Source: Octopus sinensis (lineage: Eukaryota). From it: a DNA stretch of 64,000 nt. The position numbers and the translations under genes were made by a program. Below, piece by piece: positions 38,261-50,995 of this stretch. The stretch spans positions 132,804,001 through 132,868,000 of the forward strand of contig NC_043000.1 of assembly GCF_006345805.1 (NCBI RefSeq), written 5' to 3'. Numbering within the stretch: the first letter of the stretch is position 1; each line of letters opens with the position of its first letter. Under the pieces are notes generated by a model that saw nothing but the letters and a program-made list of their open reading frames with translations, searched no databases and was not told the origin of the DNA.

Positions 38261-38585
38261 ATCCACTCTATAGATCAATATCAGTTGGCTGTAAATGATG
38301 ATGATCATCATCATCATTTAATGTCCATTTTTCATGCTGGCATGAAGTTGGCCAATTGGATAGGAGCTGGTAAGCTGCACCAGGCTCCAATTGTCTGTTT
38401 TGGTATGGTTTCTACAGCAACCACCTAATAGAGTGTATTGGCTATAGAGTGCACACACACACACACACTGGACTTCTTTCAGCTTCTGTCTACCAAACCT
38501 ACAAGACATTGGTCAGCTTGGGCCATAGTAGAAAACACTTGCCCAAGGTGCTAAGCAGGGGACTGAATCTCACTCCACCACCTCT

Positions 38586-38655
<70 letters not shown>

Positions 38656-38910
38656 GTTTGTATGATTGTATGATAGAGGGATATATATTATTCAAAGGAT
38701 TTCCAACTCTGTTTTTTATGTTTTGTTTATATTCTTTATAATATTAATGTAGAATATAGAATATATAGTATAAATAGTATATATAGTAAAATGAAATGAA
38801 GCATTGATTGTCCTAGTGAATAGATGAAATATTGAATATCAAATATTAAGGGACTAGTATACTTCCTTGCATTAAAGCAGTCTTCAAGGTCCCAGGTATA
38901 TATATATATA

Positions 38911-39113
38911 AACACACCAGAGTAAGCACATAAATGTGAAACAAGGTGGGAAAAAATAGTACTTGAATACCAGAGGTAGAGTAATATGCTTTATTACTAA
39001 AACTGCAAAAACATCACAAAATCATTACAAAAAACTGCTACTCTGATGAACAGGAATGTGAAATTCTGAGTAGCAGTTTTTTGTGATATTTTTGCACCTT
39101 TAATAATAAAGTA
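38911..39113. mobile_element. PLE-like pseudo-LTR remnant with a head-to-head inversion and a hammerhead-core motif
   Basis: Arms 38985-39043 and 39068-39113 are inverted; centre CUGAUGA-ACA(GGAA)UGU-GAAA; flanked by (TA)n and (CA)n. Confidence 0.55.
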
Positions 39114-39285
39114 CACACACACACACACATTCTTTTACTGGTTTCAGTAATAATTCCACTGCTACCATTTACTTAAATCAACCCTAGAACTTATTTCAAG
39201 TTCTGACACTTTTATTTTATTGGTTGCTTTTTATTAAGTAAACAAACTGACACTAGTTGTTAACGGTAGAGACAAACACATAACT

Positions 39286-39319
<34 letters not shown>

Positions 39320-39578
39320 CAAGCTTCAGCTTAAAGTTTTTGTCTACCTAATTCACCCACAGACCATGTGTGTGTGGGCGTATACGTTTGTGTAATAAAT
39401 CTAAGCCAATTTAAAACATCGTTATTTGTATAAGAAAATATAGAAGAATTTAAACGACTTCATTTTTTTCAATTTATTTTAGTAGTGGAACAATTTTTTC
39501 ATTGCAAAACTGCCAAAGGAAACAATTTTCTGTATTTCTATTCCACTTATATGACAAGATAAATATATTTATGCTAAT

Positions 39579-39709
39579 TCAAAGTTTGAATGTTCTAGAA
39601 ATAATTTCTTCAGTTACAGAATTTATGCTTTCCATCATGAATTCTTTGGGTGGACTTTTGTTCAGAGAAAAGTATGTTGGGCAATGAGATAACACATTCA
39701 GCCTCATAC
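39579..39709 (-). CDS. Candidate terminal coding exon of a second minus-strand gene
   Basis: Acceptor TTATTTATCAG|GT, phase 1; reads xMRLNVLSHCPTYFSLNKSPPKEFMMESINSVTEEIISRTFKL*; AATAAA ~100 nt downstream; in phase with exon 45414-45241. Confidence 0.35.
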
Positions 39710-39914
39710 CTGATAAATAATTTAAAGGTAAACAATATTTATTTACAATAGAAATCTATTGGTAAAATTGGTGAAAATAATTGTTTTATTCTTTCTCTCT
39801 CTCTCTGAATGTATGTAAAAGAGTGAAATGTACTAAAACTGCCCTAAGACAACTTGGTGGTACCAAACACACATATCACCAGTTTCAACAATTGATTCTA
39901 CATGTTCTGGCAGT

Positions 39915-40345
39915 GTGGCAGTGGGGTGGAGAAGCTTGATTTCCAATCATATGGTCTTAGGTTCAGTCCTTCAGCATAGCATCTTGGGCAAGTGTCTTCT
40001 ATCATAATACCAGGCAGACAAAAGCCTTGAGAGTGGATTTGGTAGATAGAAACTTGAGGTGGTGAGCTGGCAGAAACGTTAGCACGCCGGATGAAATGCT
40101 TAGCGGTATTTCGTCTGCCGTTACGTTCTGAGTTCAAATACCGCCGAGGTCGACTTTGCCTTTCATCCTTTCGGAGTCAACAAAATTAAATACCCGTTAT
40201 ACACTGGGGTCGATGTAGTCGACTTAATCCCTTTGTCTGTCCTTGTTTGTCCCCGCTATGTTTAGCCCCTTGTGGGCAATAAAGAAATAAGAAACTGAAA
40301 GAAGCCCAATGAGTGTGTGTGTGTGTGTATACCCTTGTCTAGACA
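39915..40345 (+). mobile_element. SINE A interrupted by SINE C (40038-40290)
   Basis: AGAAACT is duplicated at both junctions. Confidence 0.8.
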
Positions 40346-40544
40346 TTAAATGATAGTTGTAAATAAGCATCATTTATATAAGCAAGGGTGTTTGTTTCTA
40401 GCTCTTCATGAAAAACATGTCCAGCTATGGGAAAATATTATCTTGCAAGGAAACATGTGAGGGTTGGCAACAGCAAGGGCATCCAAATGTATGCAATCTA
40501 CCTCAACAATATCTGCCTGACTTGTGCAAGCATGGAAAATCATA

Positions 40545-40995
40545 ATGCTAGCATGGGTTGGATGGTTTTGACTGAGGACTGGCAAGCCAGTAGGCTGCAC
40601 CAGACTCCAGTCTGATCTGGCAAAGTTTCTACAGCTGGATGCCTTTCCTAATGCGAACCACCCCAGAGTGTAGTGGGTGCTTTTTATGTGCCACTGGAAC
40701 AGGAGCCAGTCAGGTGGAACTGGCATCAACCACATTCGGATGGTGCTTTTTAACATGCCACCAGCATGGGAACCAGTTAGGGGGCACTGGTATTGACCAT
40801 GTTTGGATGGTGCTTTTTACATGCCACTGGCATGGGAGCCAGTCAGGCGGCACTGGCATCAACCATGTTCGGATGGTGCTTTTAACATGCCACCAGCATG
40901 GGAGCCATTTAGGGGCACTGGTATTGACCATGTTTGGATGGTGCTTTTTAACATGCCACCAGCATGGGGAGCCAGTCAGGCAACACTGGCATCAA
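40545..40995 (-). mobile_element. Repeat family D with five 65-67-bp tandem units (40676-40995)
   Basis: Units start GGTGCTTTT at 40676, 40742, 40809, 40875 and 40940. Confidence 0.85.
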
Positions 40996-41908
40996 ATATC
41001 GGCAAATGTAGATATTAAATGCTGCTGCAGATCTCTGCGAGTGTATGTGCATATATTATCTCTTTATATTTTCATACAAAAAACTGTAACCATATCTAAT
41101 ATGCTTATTACTGAAGTGCAAAGAGTCTGGCCGCAAAGGTTTGTGTATTAATAACTAGAATTTTTAATCCATACCTACAGTTCGTAATATTTGTATTATA
41201 GATAAAATGTGACTATTGTTGGAAGATAGGTACAAAAGAAAGAAAACGGTAAATATCATCCGTCTGCTTTGCTGAAATTAAATACAAAAGCTGAAAGGAT
41301 TTTTTTTCCTCACAGTTTTTTAAGCAGTAGTGGTAAAAATGGTGCTTGCAATAATTTATCAATGAAAAACAGGGAAGCCTGTTTTTATTCAGGAAAGCTG
41401 GGACAAGAAATATATAGAATAGGCTGAGACATTATAATGGCAGGTTGAAATTTATCACTTAAGACTATGTATTCAGTAATCTAGCCCCTTAATTTCATAG
41501 ATATTCTGTGATATTTTATGGTGCACCTGAGCACTGTATACAATAATATCATTATTATTATTTATCTTATAAACTCTTAATATTTGAAGTAATTTCATTG
41601 CTGATGTTTAAATTATTAGCTTCTGTTTCACTTAGGATATATTTTTATATCCTTTTCAAATACAATATCAGTTTATTTTATTTTACCAGGCATGTGGTTA
41701 AGAGATTTTATTTCTCAATATGCAATTTACAACGTACATATACACTGTTCCCCAAAAATGGACAACTCCCAATTAGTACTGACTGAAGGAATTAGTTTCA
41801 AATGAGTACTGAAACCAAGTTCCTTCTGCATGGCTGACTTGAAGGATAAAACCATACTTTACACTAAATTCCATCTACTCTTCAACAGGAGTTCATTTTC
41901 TCATTAAA

Positions 41909-42314
41909 CTGGCAGTATCACCCGGCGTTGCTCGAGTTTGTTTCGACCCTTTAGAATTGGAATGTTTGAAAAGTAAAAATTTTGCATTATGTAGCTTGTT
42001 ATTCTCTTTAAGTGAACATTTTTCTGGTTGAAATACACCGAAAAATGGTGACACAGCAGTCAAAAAAAATCATTAAAAAATAGGGATTTTCATAGAAAAA
42101 AAAGCACCTTTTTAATGTAAATAATTTTTGGTGTTGACATGGTCTGATTTGAATTTTTTCTTCTACGGAAGGAAGAGCAAGCCTTCTTCTATCATACTCT
42201 CAATTTTGGTCAACTTGCACTGCAGGGTCTTGGAGGAGATAGTGTTAGTTGAAGGCTACCAAACCTGCCATACACAGACAACTTCAGCTTTATATATGTA
42301 TATATATATAGAGA
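41909..42314 (-). mobile_element. Non-autonomous Helitron, second copy
   Basis: High identity to 31931-32310; TC start, hairpin, CCAG end. Confidence 0.85.
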
Positions 42315-42889
42315 TTTGTAAACACTGAAGAGTTAATAAGAAATATCTGTCAAGTTATGAAATTTCTCCTAATTTGAAATATAAGATCTAAATATTTTCA
42401 TTTTAAATTATGAATGTCAAACAAGATAAACTCATGTCATTGTTGATCTAAGGTTTCTTAACAGTCATCAGTAAGGAACTAAATCTGATCTTATTTAAAC
42501 TGAAATTTAACATGAAAAGAAAAGAGAGAAAGAGACAGACAGACTTAAAAGGAGTTTTAATTTCTATAATGAAAAATAAATATAAGGAATAAATTGTTTC
42601 CGCATTGTGGATTGGTCTAAATAAAGGAGTGTTTATTAAAGATTAATAACATTTTTAATATTGTTTTAATAAAAAGATTAATTTCCTTTACGGTATAAAT
42701 TGTTTCTATTTGACATTTATTTTTAAGAAATGATTCCAATAAAATGACCAACAAAGTAATGCAGATGGACAAAATAATTACTAATAGAGAGTGGAGGAGG
42801 GTAACAGAAGAAAAGGATATGAAAAATGTTATTTGTTAAACCATAATAGAAAATATTAACAAAAAATCCAAAAGGGAATAGATTATCAA

Positions 42890-43287
42890 CAGGAGTGGCT
42901 GTGTCGTAAGTAGCTTGCTAACCAACCACATGGTTCCGGGTTCAGTCCCATTGTGTGGCACCTTGGGCAAGTGTCTTCTGCTATAGCCCTGGGCTGACCA
43001 ATGCCTTGTGAGTGGATTTGGTAGACGGAAACTGAAAGAAGCCTGTCGTATATATGTATATATATATATGTATGTTTGTGTGTCTGTGTTTGTCCCCCTA
43101 GCATTGCTTGACAACCGATGCTGGTGTGTTTACGTCCCTGTCACTTAGCGGTTCGGCAAAAAGAGACTGATAGAATAAATACTGGGCTTACAAAGAATAA
43201 GTCCCGGGGTCAATTTGCACAACTAAAGGCAGTGCTCCAGCATGGCCGCAGTCAAATGACTGAAACAAGTAAAAGAGTAAAGAGTAA
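42890..43287 (+). mobile_element. SINE family A
   Basis: Full-length match. Confidence 0.9.
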
Positions 43288-43361
43288 GAGTATATCAACT
43301 TTTTCCAATTCCTACAGCCAAATTTAGTAATGTGCTTTGAATAAGCTTAACAATATTTATT

Positions 43362-43575
43362 TCTTTATTGCCCACAAGGGGCTAAACATAGAGGGAACAA
43401 ACAAGGACAGACAAAGGGATTAAGACGATTACATCGATCCCAGTGCGTAACTGGTACTTATTTAATCGACCCCTGAAAGGATGAAAGGCAAAGTTGACCT
43501 CAGTGGAATTTGAACACAGAACTATCACTAAGCATTTTGCCCAGCATGCTAATGATTCTGCCAGCTCACTGCCCT
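43362..43575 (-). mobile_element. SINE family C (C1)
   Basis: Match to the family. Confidence 0.8.
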
Positions 43576-44199
43576 TTAGCTTAACAATATTGAGAAGGGA
43601 ATCATTTGTCATGGTATTTCATACTTTTCTATATTACAGCTGGGGAAATCATGTATTTCTTCTTCAGTAAGACACCTACTCCCGTCTCTTCACCACCTTT
43701 TCTACAATACTCTCACTTGTACTTGGTAATCTCACCAATGCCACAGAAAAAGCACTCAGTACATTCTGTAAAGTGGTTAGCATTAGGAAAGGCATCCAAC
43801 TGTGGAAAGCATGCCAAAACAGGTATTAGAGCTTGGTACGGTCCTCTGGCTTGTCAGTTCCGGTTAAAGCTGTCGAACTCATGCCAGCATGAAAAATGGA
43901 CATTAAACAATGATGGTGATGATGATGATGATGATGATGAAGATGTTGTTGGTGATGATGACAACTGTTTAGGCTTACACCCAAAACAAATTGGGAAAAA
44001 AAACAAAACACTATTACAAAATTTTAATGCTTGCTTTGTTTCTGTTTCAGAAAGAATTAAGTCTATAACCCCCAAAAGACTTCTTAGCATTTCCTGATTA
44101 ATACATAAAAATAAAGGACTTGAGGTTTCAAAGTTCTCCTAATGAATACCTAAATTATCAATATACAAAAAAAAAAATGCTTTCATAATTAAGGATATA

Positions 44200-44384
44200 T
44201 GAAGGGGTGCTGAAAAGTTCTTGGCCTTAAGGGTGTCCCGAAAGGCCTGGTTGGGGGTCCAACCTTCCAAGTTCTTTTATAGTGCTTAGAAAAACTGAAG
44301 GACCACTGCAATAAGTGTGTGAATCTGAGAGGGGTATATGTTGAATAAAATCACAATTAACTGATCCTCATCAGCGCTCCCTCG
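44200..44384 (+). mobile_element. Mariner-derived MITE
   Basis: TA|TGAAGGGGTGCTGAAAAGT ... TCAGCGCTCCCTCG|TA; retains a transposase-like C-terminus DHCNKCVNLRGVYVE*. Confidence 0.75.
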
Positions 44385-44447
44385 TATATCTGTAGAAAAA
44401 GGAAGACTAAATATAAGGTTAAGCTAATTCTGAAGTACAGTGAAAAT

Positions 44448-44645
44448 CTATCTATCTATCCGCTCAGTCGAAGTTGACTCTCGGTTACTTGATGTCCTCC
44501 AGTCAGTTCTATCCTGGGCCACTTCTTTCAGATTGGCTATGTCCATTCCGGTATCACTCTTGATGGTGTCAAGCCAGCGGGTTCTTGGTCGGCCTCTTCC
44601 TCTCTTGCCACTGACCATTCTGAGCATGATGTCCTTCTCCAGAGA
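44448..44645 (-). mobile_element. RTE (BovB-like) LINE 3' end with (GATA)n tail
   Basis: Open frame LEKDIMLRMVSGKRGRGRPRTRWLDTIKSDTGMDIANLKEVAQDRTDW. Confidence 0.85.
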
Positions 44646-45240
44646 TTTTATTCAGTGAAAATAATGGAAGAAACATCATCAGGACTGGTTGCCTTACTAA
44701 ACTGAAATGATCCCAGTTTCCAGTCTTTGCAACCAGGCATTTGTGGTGGTGAGACCAATGGAGAACAGAAAAAATTTTTTTGAGTATTTGCAGTGTGAAA
44801 TGGAAAGAAATCTAGTCAGAAAATATGGAGGTTTTAATAAAAATGTCATCTTGACTGTAGAGTTGTATGTAGGAGGATTTTGCGAAGTTATAAGAGACCC
44901 TCTTAGCAAGGGACCAGAAAGTTAAAACATCATTTGAAAGACTTTCAAATAACATTATTCTTAAAAGTATGCTTTGCTTTCTTGGTGGTTGTCTGGTAGT
45001 TATGATGATAATAGGTTAACATCATTCAGTTATATTGTAGATGAATTCTATAAGAATTATAACATAAATGCTAGACTAATTCAAATGTCTGCTAAGCATA
45101 TCACAATCAACCAAATTCTTACAAGGAAATGGAAGCTATATTTTAGTTGCTGGCCAATTACATGTTCTTTTGTTAAATATAGCTTCCTACTGAGGATTAG
45201 TTGGTGGTTGGAAATAAGTTTATTTTAATTAGGTTCCTAC

Positions 45241-45414
45241 TTGGTGTAATTTCAATGGTTTCTTGATCAGACAGAACAAAATCTTTTGTCTGTCTATTCA
45301 ATGGATTTGTAGCGAAAGGTTTAAAATAGCAGTATTGGGTCACTGTACTAAATGTGTGTTGACCTCCAAGATCTGCCAGATAGAGATTGGTAAATGACTG
45401 CTTTAGGACATAAA
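45241..45414 (-). CDS. Candidate internal coding exon (174 nt, phase 1-1), unknown protein
   Basis: Acceptor TTCTGATCTTTACAG, donor CAA|GTAGGA; open YVLKQSFTNLYLADLGGQHTFSTVTQYCYFKPFATNPLNRQTKDFVLSDQETIEITP in non-repetitive sequence. Confidence 0.5.
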
Positions 45415-45721
45415 CTGTAAAGATCAGAATATTTAATGACACCGGTAATTAATAAGAGAAAAGAACCACTAACTGAGAAAGACAGAAAGAGAGAATGGGG
45501 TGAATGGTGGGGGTCTAAGTAAAGTTGTAATTAAGCGGGTAGATTGATATTTAGCCAGATAGATAAATACACAAACAAAACATATATGGAGACGAAGCTA
45601 CCCAATGGACTAAGTTAAGAAAGTACACTTAATAATAAGATAATTATAGAAAATTTGATGGTGCTGGCATTGGCATTAATGCTTTATTCAGCTTAATATT
45701 TGCTAATAATTTTCATATTGA

Positions 45722-46115
45722 TGTAGGAATGGCTGTGTGGTAAGTAGCTTGCTTACCAACCACATGGTTCCGGGTTCAGTCCCACTGCATGGCACCTTGT
45801 GCAAGTGTCTTCTACTATAGCCTCAGGCCAACCAAAGCCTTATGAGTGGATTTGGTAGACGGAAACTGAAAGAAGCCCATTGTATATATGTATATATATA
45901 TGTGTGTGTGTATATGTTGTGTATCTGTGTTTGTCCCCCCAACAACGCTTGACAACCGATGCTGGTGGGTTTACGTCCCTGTAACTTAGCGGTTTGGCAA
46001 AAGAGACCAATAGAATAAGTACTAGGCTTACAAAGAATAAGTCCTGGGGTCGATTTGCTTGACTAAAGGTGGTGCTCCAGCATGACCACAGTCAAATGAC
46101 TGAAACAAGTAAAAG
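45722..46115 (+). mobile_element. SINE family A
   Basis: Full-length match. Confidence 0.9.
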
Positions 46116-46534
46116 CATATATCTGTTAATCTGTAAATACTTTTTTTTATATAAAAAAGAAATACAAATGATAAAAAACAGAAAGAGTATCATTCTATTA
46201 ACCCTAAGGGTTCACAGTTAATATCTCATAATTGTTACATAGCTAAATCATTTATCTTTCTATGGATCACTCCATCTGGTAGTAAATAGGGACCATAGGT
46301 TAGTGTACTGAACAGAAGTCAACAATAAGGGGTACTGAACTGAAATAGACAGATTTGTCTTATTAGGAGTTCAAACCCAAACTATGTTTATAATTTTTTT
46401 CTTTAAAGGAGGGACAGGTATCTGCTAGTATCTGCTGCTACCATCAACAAGGTTAGAACTTCCTTGTTCAACTACAAAGATGGCTACATATTGAACCAAG
46501 AATCAACATTGCAAAATGTTTGTAGAAATATATA

Positions 46535-46965
46535 TCATCATTGTTTAATGCCTGCTTTCCATGCTAGCATGGGTTGGACAATTTGACTGAGGACTGGCAA
46601 ACCAGATGGCTGCACCAGGCTCCAATCTTGATCTGGCAGAGTTTCTACAGCTGGATGCCCTTCCTAATACCAGCCACTCCGAGAGTGTAGTGGCTGCTTT
46701 TATGTGCCACCGGCACAGAGGCCAGTCAGGCGGTACTGGCAACGACCTCGCTCGAATGTTTTTTCACATGTCACCGGCACAAGTGCCAGTAAGGCGACAC
46801 TAGTAACTATCACGCTCGAATGGTGCCTTATACATGCCACCGGCACAGAAGCCAGTTAGCCGCTCTGGCAACGATCACGCTCGAATGGTGCTCTTAGCAC
46901 CCCACTAGCATGGGGCACAAGTGTCAGAAAGGTGACGCTGGTAACGATCATGCTTGAATGGTGCC
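46535..46965 (-). mobile_element. Repeat family D
   Basis: Conserved 3' end plus tandem units; related copies at 51385-51572, 52758-53120 and 59748-60022. Confidence 0.85.
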
Positions 46966-47963
46966 AGCCTCAAACATTCTTTTCTACCCCAGGTGAATGT
47001 TTAACTGTTTCAAAGGTCAGTAAAAAGCACCCTTCGCCCCCATGTTCCATCCACCCACCACCAGCACAAAAAAAAGAAGAAAAAAAAATTGCTTCCATCA
47101 AGTAATACTGAAACAAATCCCTTTCTGAATAGTGCTCTGTAAATACATGAATCTACAGAGGCAGATGGCATGGTGGTGGTGGTGGTCGTCGTCATTGTCG
47201 TCATCATTGTCATCATCATTTAATTCTGTTCCTCTAATTTGCTACATATACATCGTCCATTGTGATAGTGAAATCAATCCGGTCCGAGTTATACAGTACA
47301 AAAAAAAAAGGATAGATAGATGAAAGGAAAAAAGAAGAAGACCAGCGAATAATTAGATAACAACAAATGATAAACGAGGCCAAGTTGTACTGTCCTGTTT
47401 ACAATGTAATTAGTTTTACTAGATTTTACTGATTTATCATGGTAACGAAAGCAAACAATGACGATGAAATAAAATAACAAAAGTGATAAAATCAAGCAGG
47501 TTTACAGCCTAATTAAGAACCGAAATAAAGAACCGTGTAACAATATAACAGCAAATTAGAAACAGTCACAGCAACTTACAGCTAATAGACTGACATAGAG
47601 TCTGTTAGTTATATCAATTAATAAATAATCATGTGTAAACCTTGATCTTAACTGAGGATGGATAGGGTGTTGGTTGTTGAGAGATGTTTTTGCTGTTCAT
47701 ATCCCTGTCCCCAGTACAATGGTTACTATCTATATACCTTAAGCATTTCATTCATGCTAGCTTAGTTCATCTAACTGCAAAAATGTACCGAGAGCCAAAA
47801 GCTGCTTTCTGTAATAACCCATAGTATCTTTATAATGAATGATCTCTAATATTGCCATAAAGTCATAAATGTTTGTCTAACCCATGCTAGCATGGAATAG
47901 TAGACGTAGAAACAAATAATTTTATTCAACACTAACAATTTTACCAATCCATTACCCTTTAAT

Positions 47964-48007
47964 AATGATGATGATGATGATGATGATAATGATAATAATA
48001 ATAATAA

Positions 48008-48043
<36 letters not shown>

Positions 48044-48066
48044 TAATAATAATAATAATAATAATA
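47964..48066. repeat. (GAT)n/(AAT)n microsatellite
   Basis: Seen directly. Confidence 0.95.
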
Positions 48067-48335
48067 GTATTAATTTCTCCCGTAATTGCAGATTTTGCTC
48101 TCTACTGGAACGGCTCATGTACTGAGGAGAGCATTATCGCTGTGAAAACGAACATCCATTCATGAATTTATTTATTTATTAATTTTTTAAATACATATTT
48201 TACCTGTGAATTTGTGTATGTAATCTGGGAATGCATACAATGAGCTTCTCTGCCCTAGGTGTACGGAAAACACATGGCAAGAAACAGAAGAAAACTTGAA
48301 GAAAGAAGGAAAAAAAAAATTATAATAATAATTTA

Positions 48336-48884
48336 TTCCCTGATGCAGTACCAGGCAGTGACTCTCATGGCTTCTGATCTTAACTGATTGGAAGTGTTAT
48401 CATGTACATAGTTTTGTCTTGGTATAAAACATAGGCTACAGCAAATATTCTGCTCAGTACCACAGATTTGCTTGTCAGTTGTTTGACCTTAATCAGTTCA
48501 GCATGTCCCTTAGTGGCTGATGATATGTGCATCTCTGATCACGAGCAAAAGTAGTAGGGGGGCATCAAAGCCATGTGTTGAGAGTTTGGGATTTGAATAA
48601 TTCACCTCTGGAGACAGGGGTGTTTTATTCAACATCCTTAAACAACCCTTAATCAGGGCCCTTTTGAGCAGGATGGGCCACTCGACCTAAAGAAAATTCT
48701 AACTGGGCCTCACCTGCAAGGTCATGTGCTATTTATCTTGATATGAGATCACCATGTCACGCATATATGGTGGTGATGCACGTGCCTAGTGTACCCTTAC
48801 CAGATAGGTAGTCATGATGGGTATACTGGGTTTCATATATTTCACTTCAGTGTGACTTTGATGGCATGCACTGCTCTCTCACCC

Positions 48885-48888
<4 letters not shown>
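48336..48888. mobile_element. Unclassified ~0.55-kb interspersed repeat embedded in (AAT)n, copy 1
   Basis: High identity to 50466-50962; (AAT)n on both sides of each copy. Confidence 0.7.
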
Positions 48889-48911
<23 letters not shown>

Positions 48912-48916
<5 letters not shown>

Positions 48917-49280
48917 GAGCGCTCTGAGAATGCAAACCTCTACCAAGGCAACATCAAAGTCTTCTCAATGGTTAGCTGGAGATGATTTTTAAAATGAAAA
49001 TATCTGAAATAAACTCAACTGCTCTCAAAAATGAGAATACTAAAAATGAACCCAACTGTTCTCAAAAATTAAGTAAAAAAAAACAGAAAAATAATCCAGA
49101 ATAGTTGTCCGGCACCAGATCGATCCCAAAATCAAATCAGTTCCCGCCAGTCATGAGGCCAAACATCCCTGAAAGTTTCGTCTGAATCCATCCAGTGGTT
49201 CTTGAGATATCTTGTCCACGGAAAACAAACAAATACAACTAAAAACAATACCTCCGCCTTTGCTAAGGCAGAGGTAATAA
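48912..49280 (-). mobile_element. Helentron-associated (HINE/DINE-1-like) element, copy 1
   Basis: Minus-strand 5' palindrome ACCTCTGCC-TTAGCAAA-GGCGGAGGT, a subterminal repeat copy near the other end, 3' stem-loop, T-rich flanks. Confidence 0.65.
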
Positions 49281-49525
49281 TTTTTTCCATTATAGGCACA
49301 AGGTGTGAAATTTGAGGGAAGGGGCTCCTTGATTACAATGACCTCCAGTGTCCAGCTGGTACTTATTTCATTGCCACTGAAAGGATGAAAAGTAAAGTCA
49401 ACTTTAGCGCATTCTGAACTGAAAACATAAAGACAAACAAAATACCACTAAGTATTTTGTCCAGTATGCTAGAAATCCTGCCAGCTTTCTATCTTAATAA
49501 TAACAATAATAATAATACTAACAAC

Positions 49526-49897
49526 AACAAGAGCACAAGAGCACTGAGAGAGCGCAAACCTCCACCAAGGCAACACCAACATCCTCTCAACGATTAGCCA
49601 GAGATGATTTTTAAAATGAGAATATCTAAAATAAACTCAACTACTCTCACAGAATAATAAAACTGAACGCGACTGCTCTCAAAAATTAAGCAAAAAAAAC
49701 AGGAAAAATAATCCAGAATCCTTGTCCGGTACTGGATCGATCCCAGAGTCTAATCAGTTTGTGCCAGTCACAAGGCCAAACATCCTTGAAAGTTTCATTT
49801 GAATCCATCTAGCAGTTCTCGAGATATCTTGTCCATAGAAAACAAACAAACACAACTGAAAACAATACTGCCGCCTTCGCTAAAGTGGAAGTAATAA
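49526..49897 (-). mobile_element. Helentron-associated element, copy 2
   Basis: Similar to 48912-49280 with the same terminal structures. Confidence 0.65.
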
Positions 49898-50429
49898 TGA
49901 TTTCTTTATTAACCACAAGGGTTTACATTGAGAAAATCATTATGGACAGCATGGGACAAAACAAAGAATCTGTGTGTGTATGTGTGTGAGTGTGTGTTGT
50001 GAGGGTTTTGCATGTGAATAAGACTAACAACATTTAAAAAAAAATTGCTGTAGTGAAAAGAAAAAAAACAAACAATCCTGATAATTGACAGAGCATGTCC
50101 AGGTGACAACAGGATTGAAGAGAAAGAAGAAGACTAAGTGAATAACCATGATGAATTGAAGTGGGAAATACATGGGAAATGAAGAAAGTGGACGTGATAC
50201 CAATAGTGAGTGGTGCAGTTGGAAGTATCAGTACATAACTACCAACACACCTTAAAAAGAATGGAACTTATGTAAAGAAAGAACACCTACAAAAACCATC
50301 ATTGCTTGGAATTGCAAATGTTCTCTCCAGGGTTCTTGAAGTATTATCAGTAAACAAGTTTCACCTTTGCTTGCTGTGGACAAATGACACTTTCCATTAT
50401 ATACACAGCAAAATAAAGCTGAATTTTTT

Positions 50430-50465
<36 letters not shown>

Positions 50466-50962
50466 GCCCTGATGCAGTACCAGGCAGTGGCTCTCATGAC
50501 TTCTGATCTTAAACTGATTGGAAGTGTTATCATGTACATTGTTTTGCCTTGGTATAAAAGATGGGCTACAGCAAATATTCTGCTCAATACCACAGATTTG
50601 CTTGTCAGTTGTTTGACCGTAACCAGTTGACTATGTCCCATAGTGGCTGACGATATGTGCATCTTTGACCACGAGCAGAAGTAGTAGGGGAGCATCATAG
50701 CCATATGTTGAGAGGGATTCTTTGGGGATTGAATAATTCACCACTGGAAACATGGGTGTTTCGTTCAACATCCTTAAACAACCCTTATTCAGGGACCTTT
50801 TGAGTGGGATGGGTTACTCGACCAGAAGAAAATTCTAATTGGGCTCCACCTGCAAGGTCATGTGCCTAGTATACCCTTATCAGACGGGTAGTCATGATGG
50901 GTATACTGGGCTTCGTATATTTTACCCCAGTGTCATTTTGATGGCATGCTTTGCTCTCTCAC
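50466..50962. mobile_element. Unclassified (AAT)n-embedded repeat, copy 2 (~55-bp internal deletion)
   Basis: Alignment to 48336-48888. Confidence 0.7.

Positions 50963-50995
<33 letters not shown>

Noticed and set aside
40639-41151. 170-aa repetitive ORF and CRISPR-like periodicity
   Set aside because: Tandem 66-bp units without unique spacers, inside a eukaryotic SINE; no cas genes
48110-48160. CUGAGGA-GAGC..GCU-GU-GAAA motif after (AAT)n
   Set aside because: Stems I and III cannot be placed in register; at most a very old remnant
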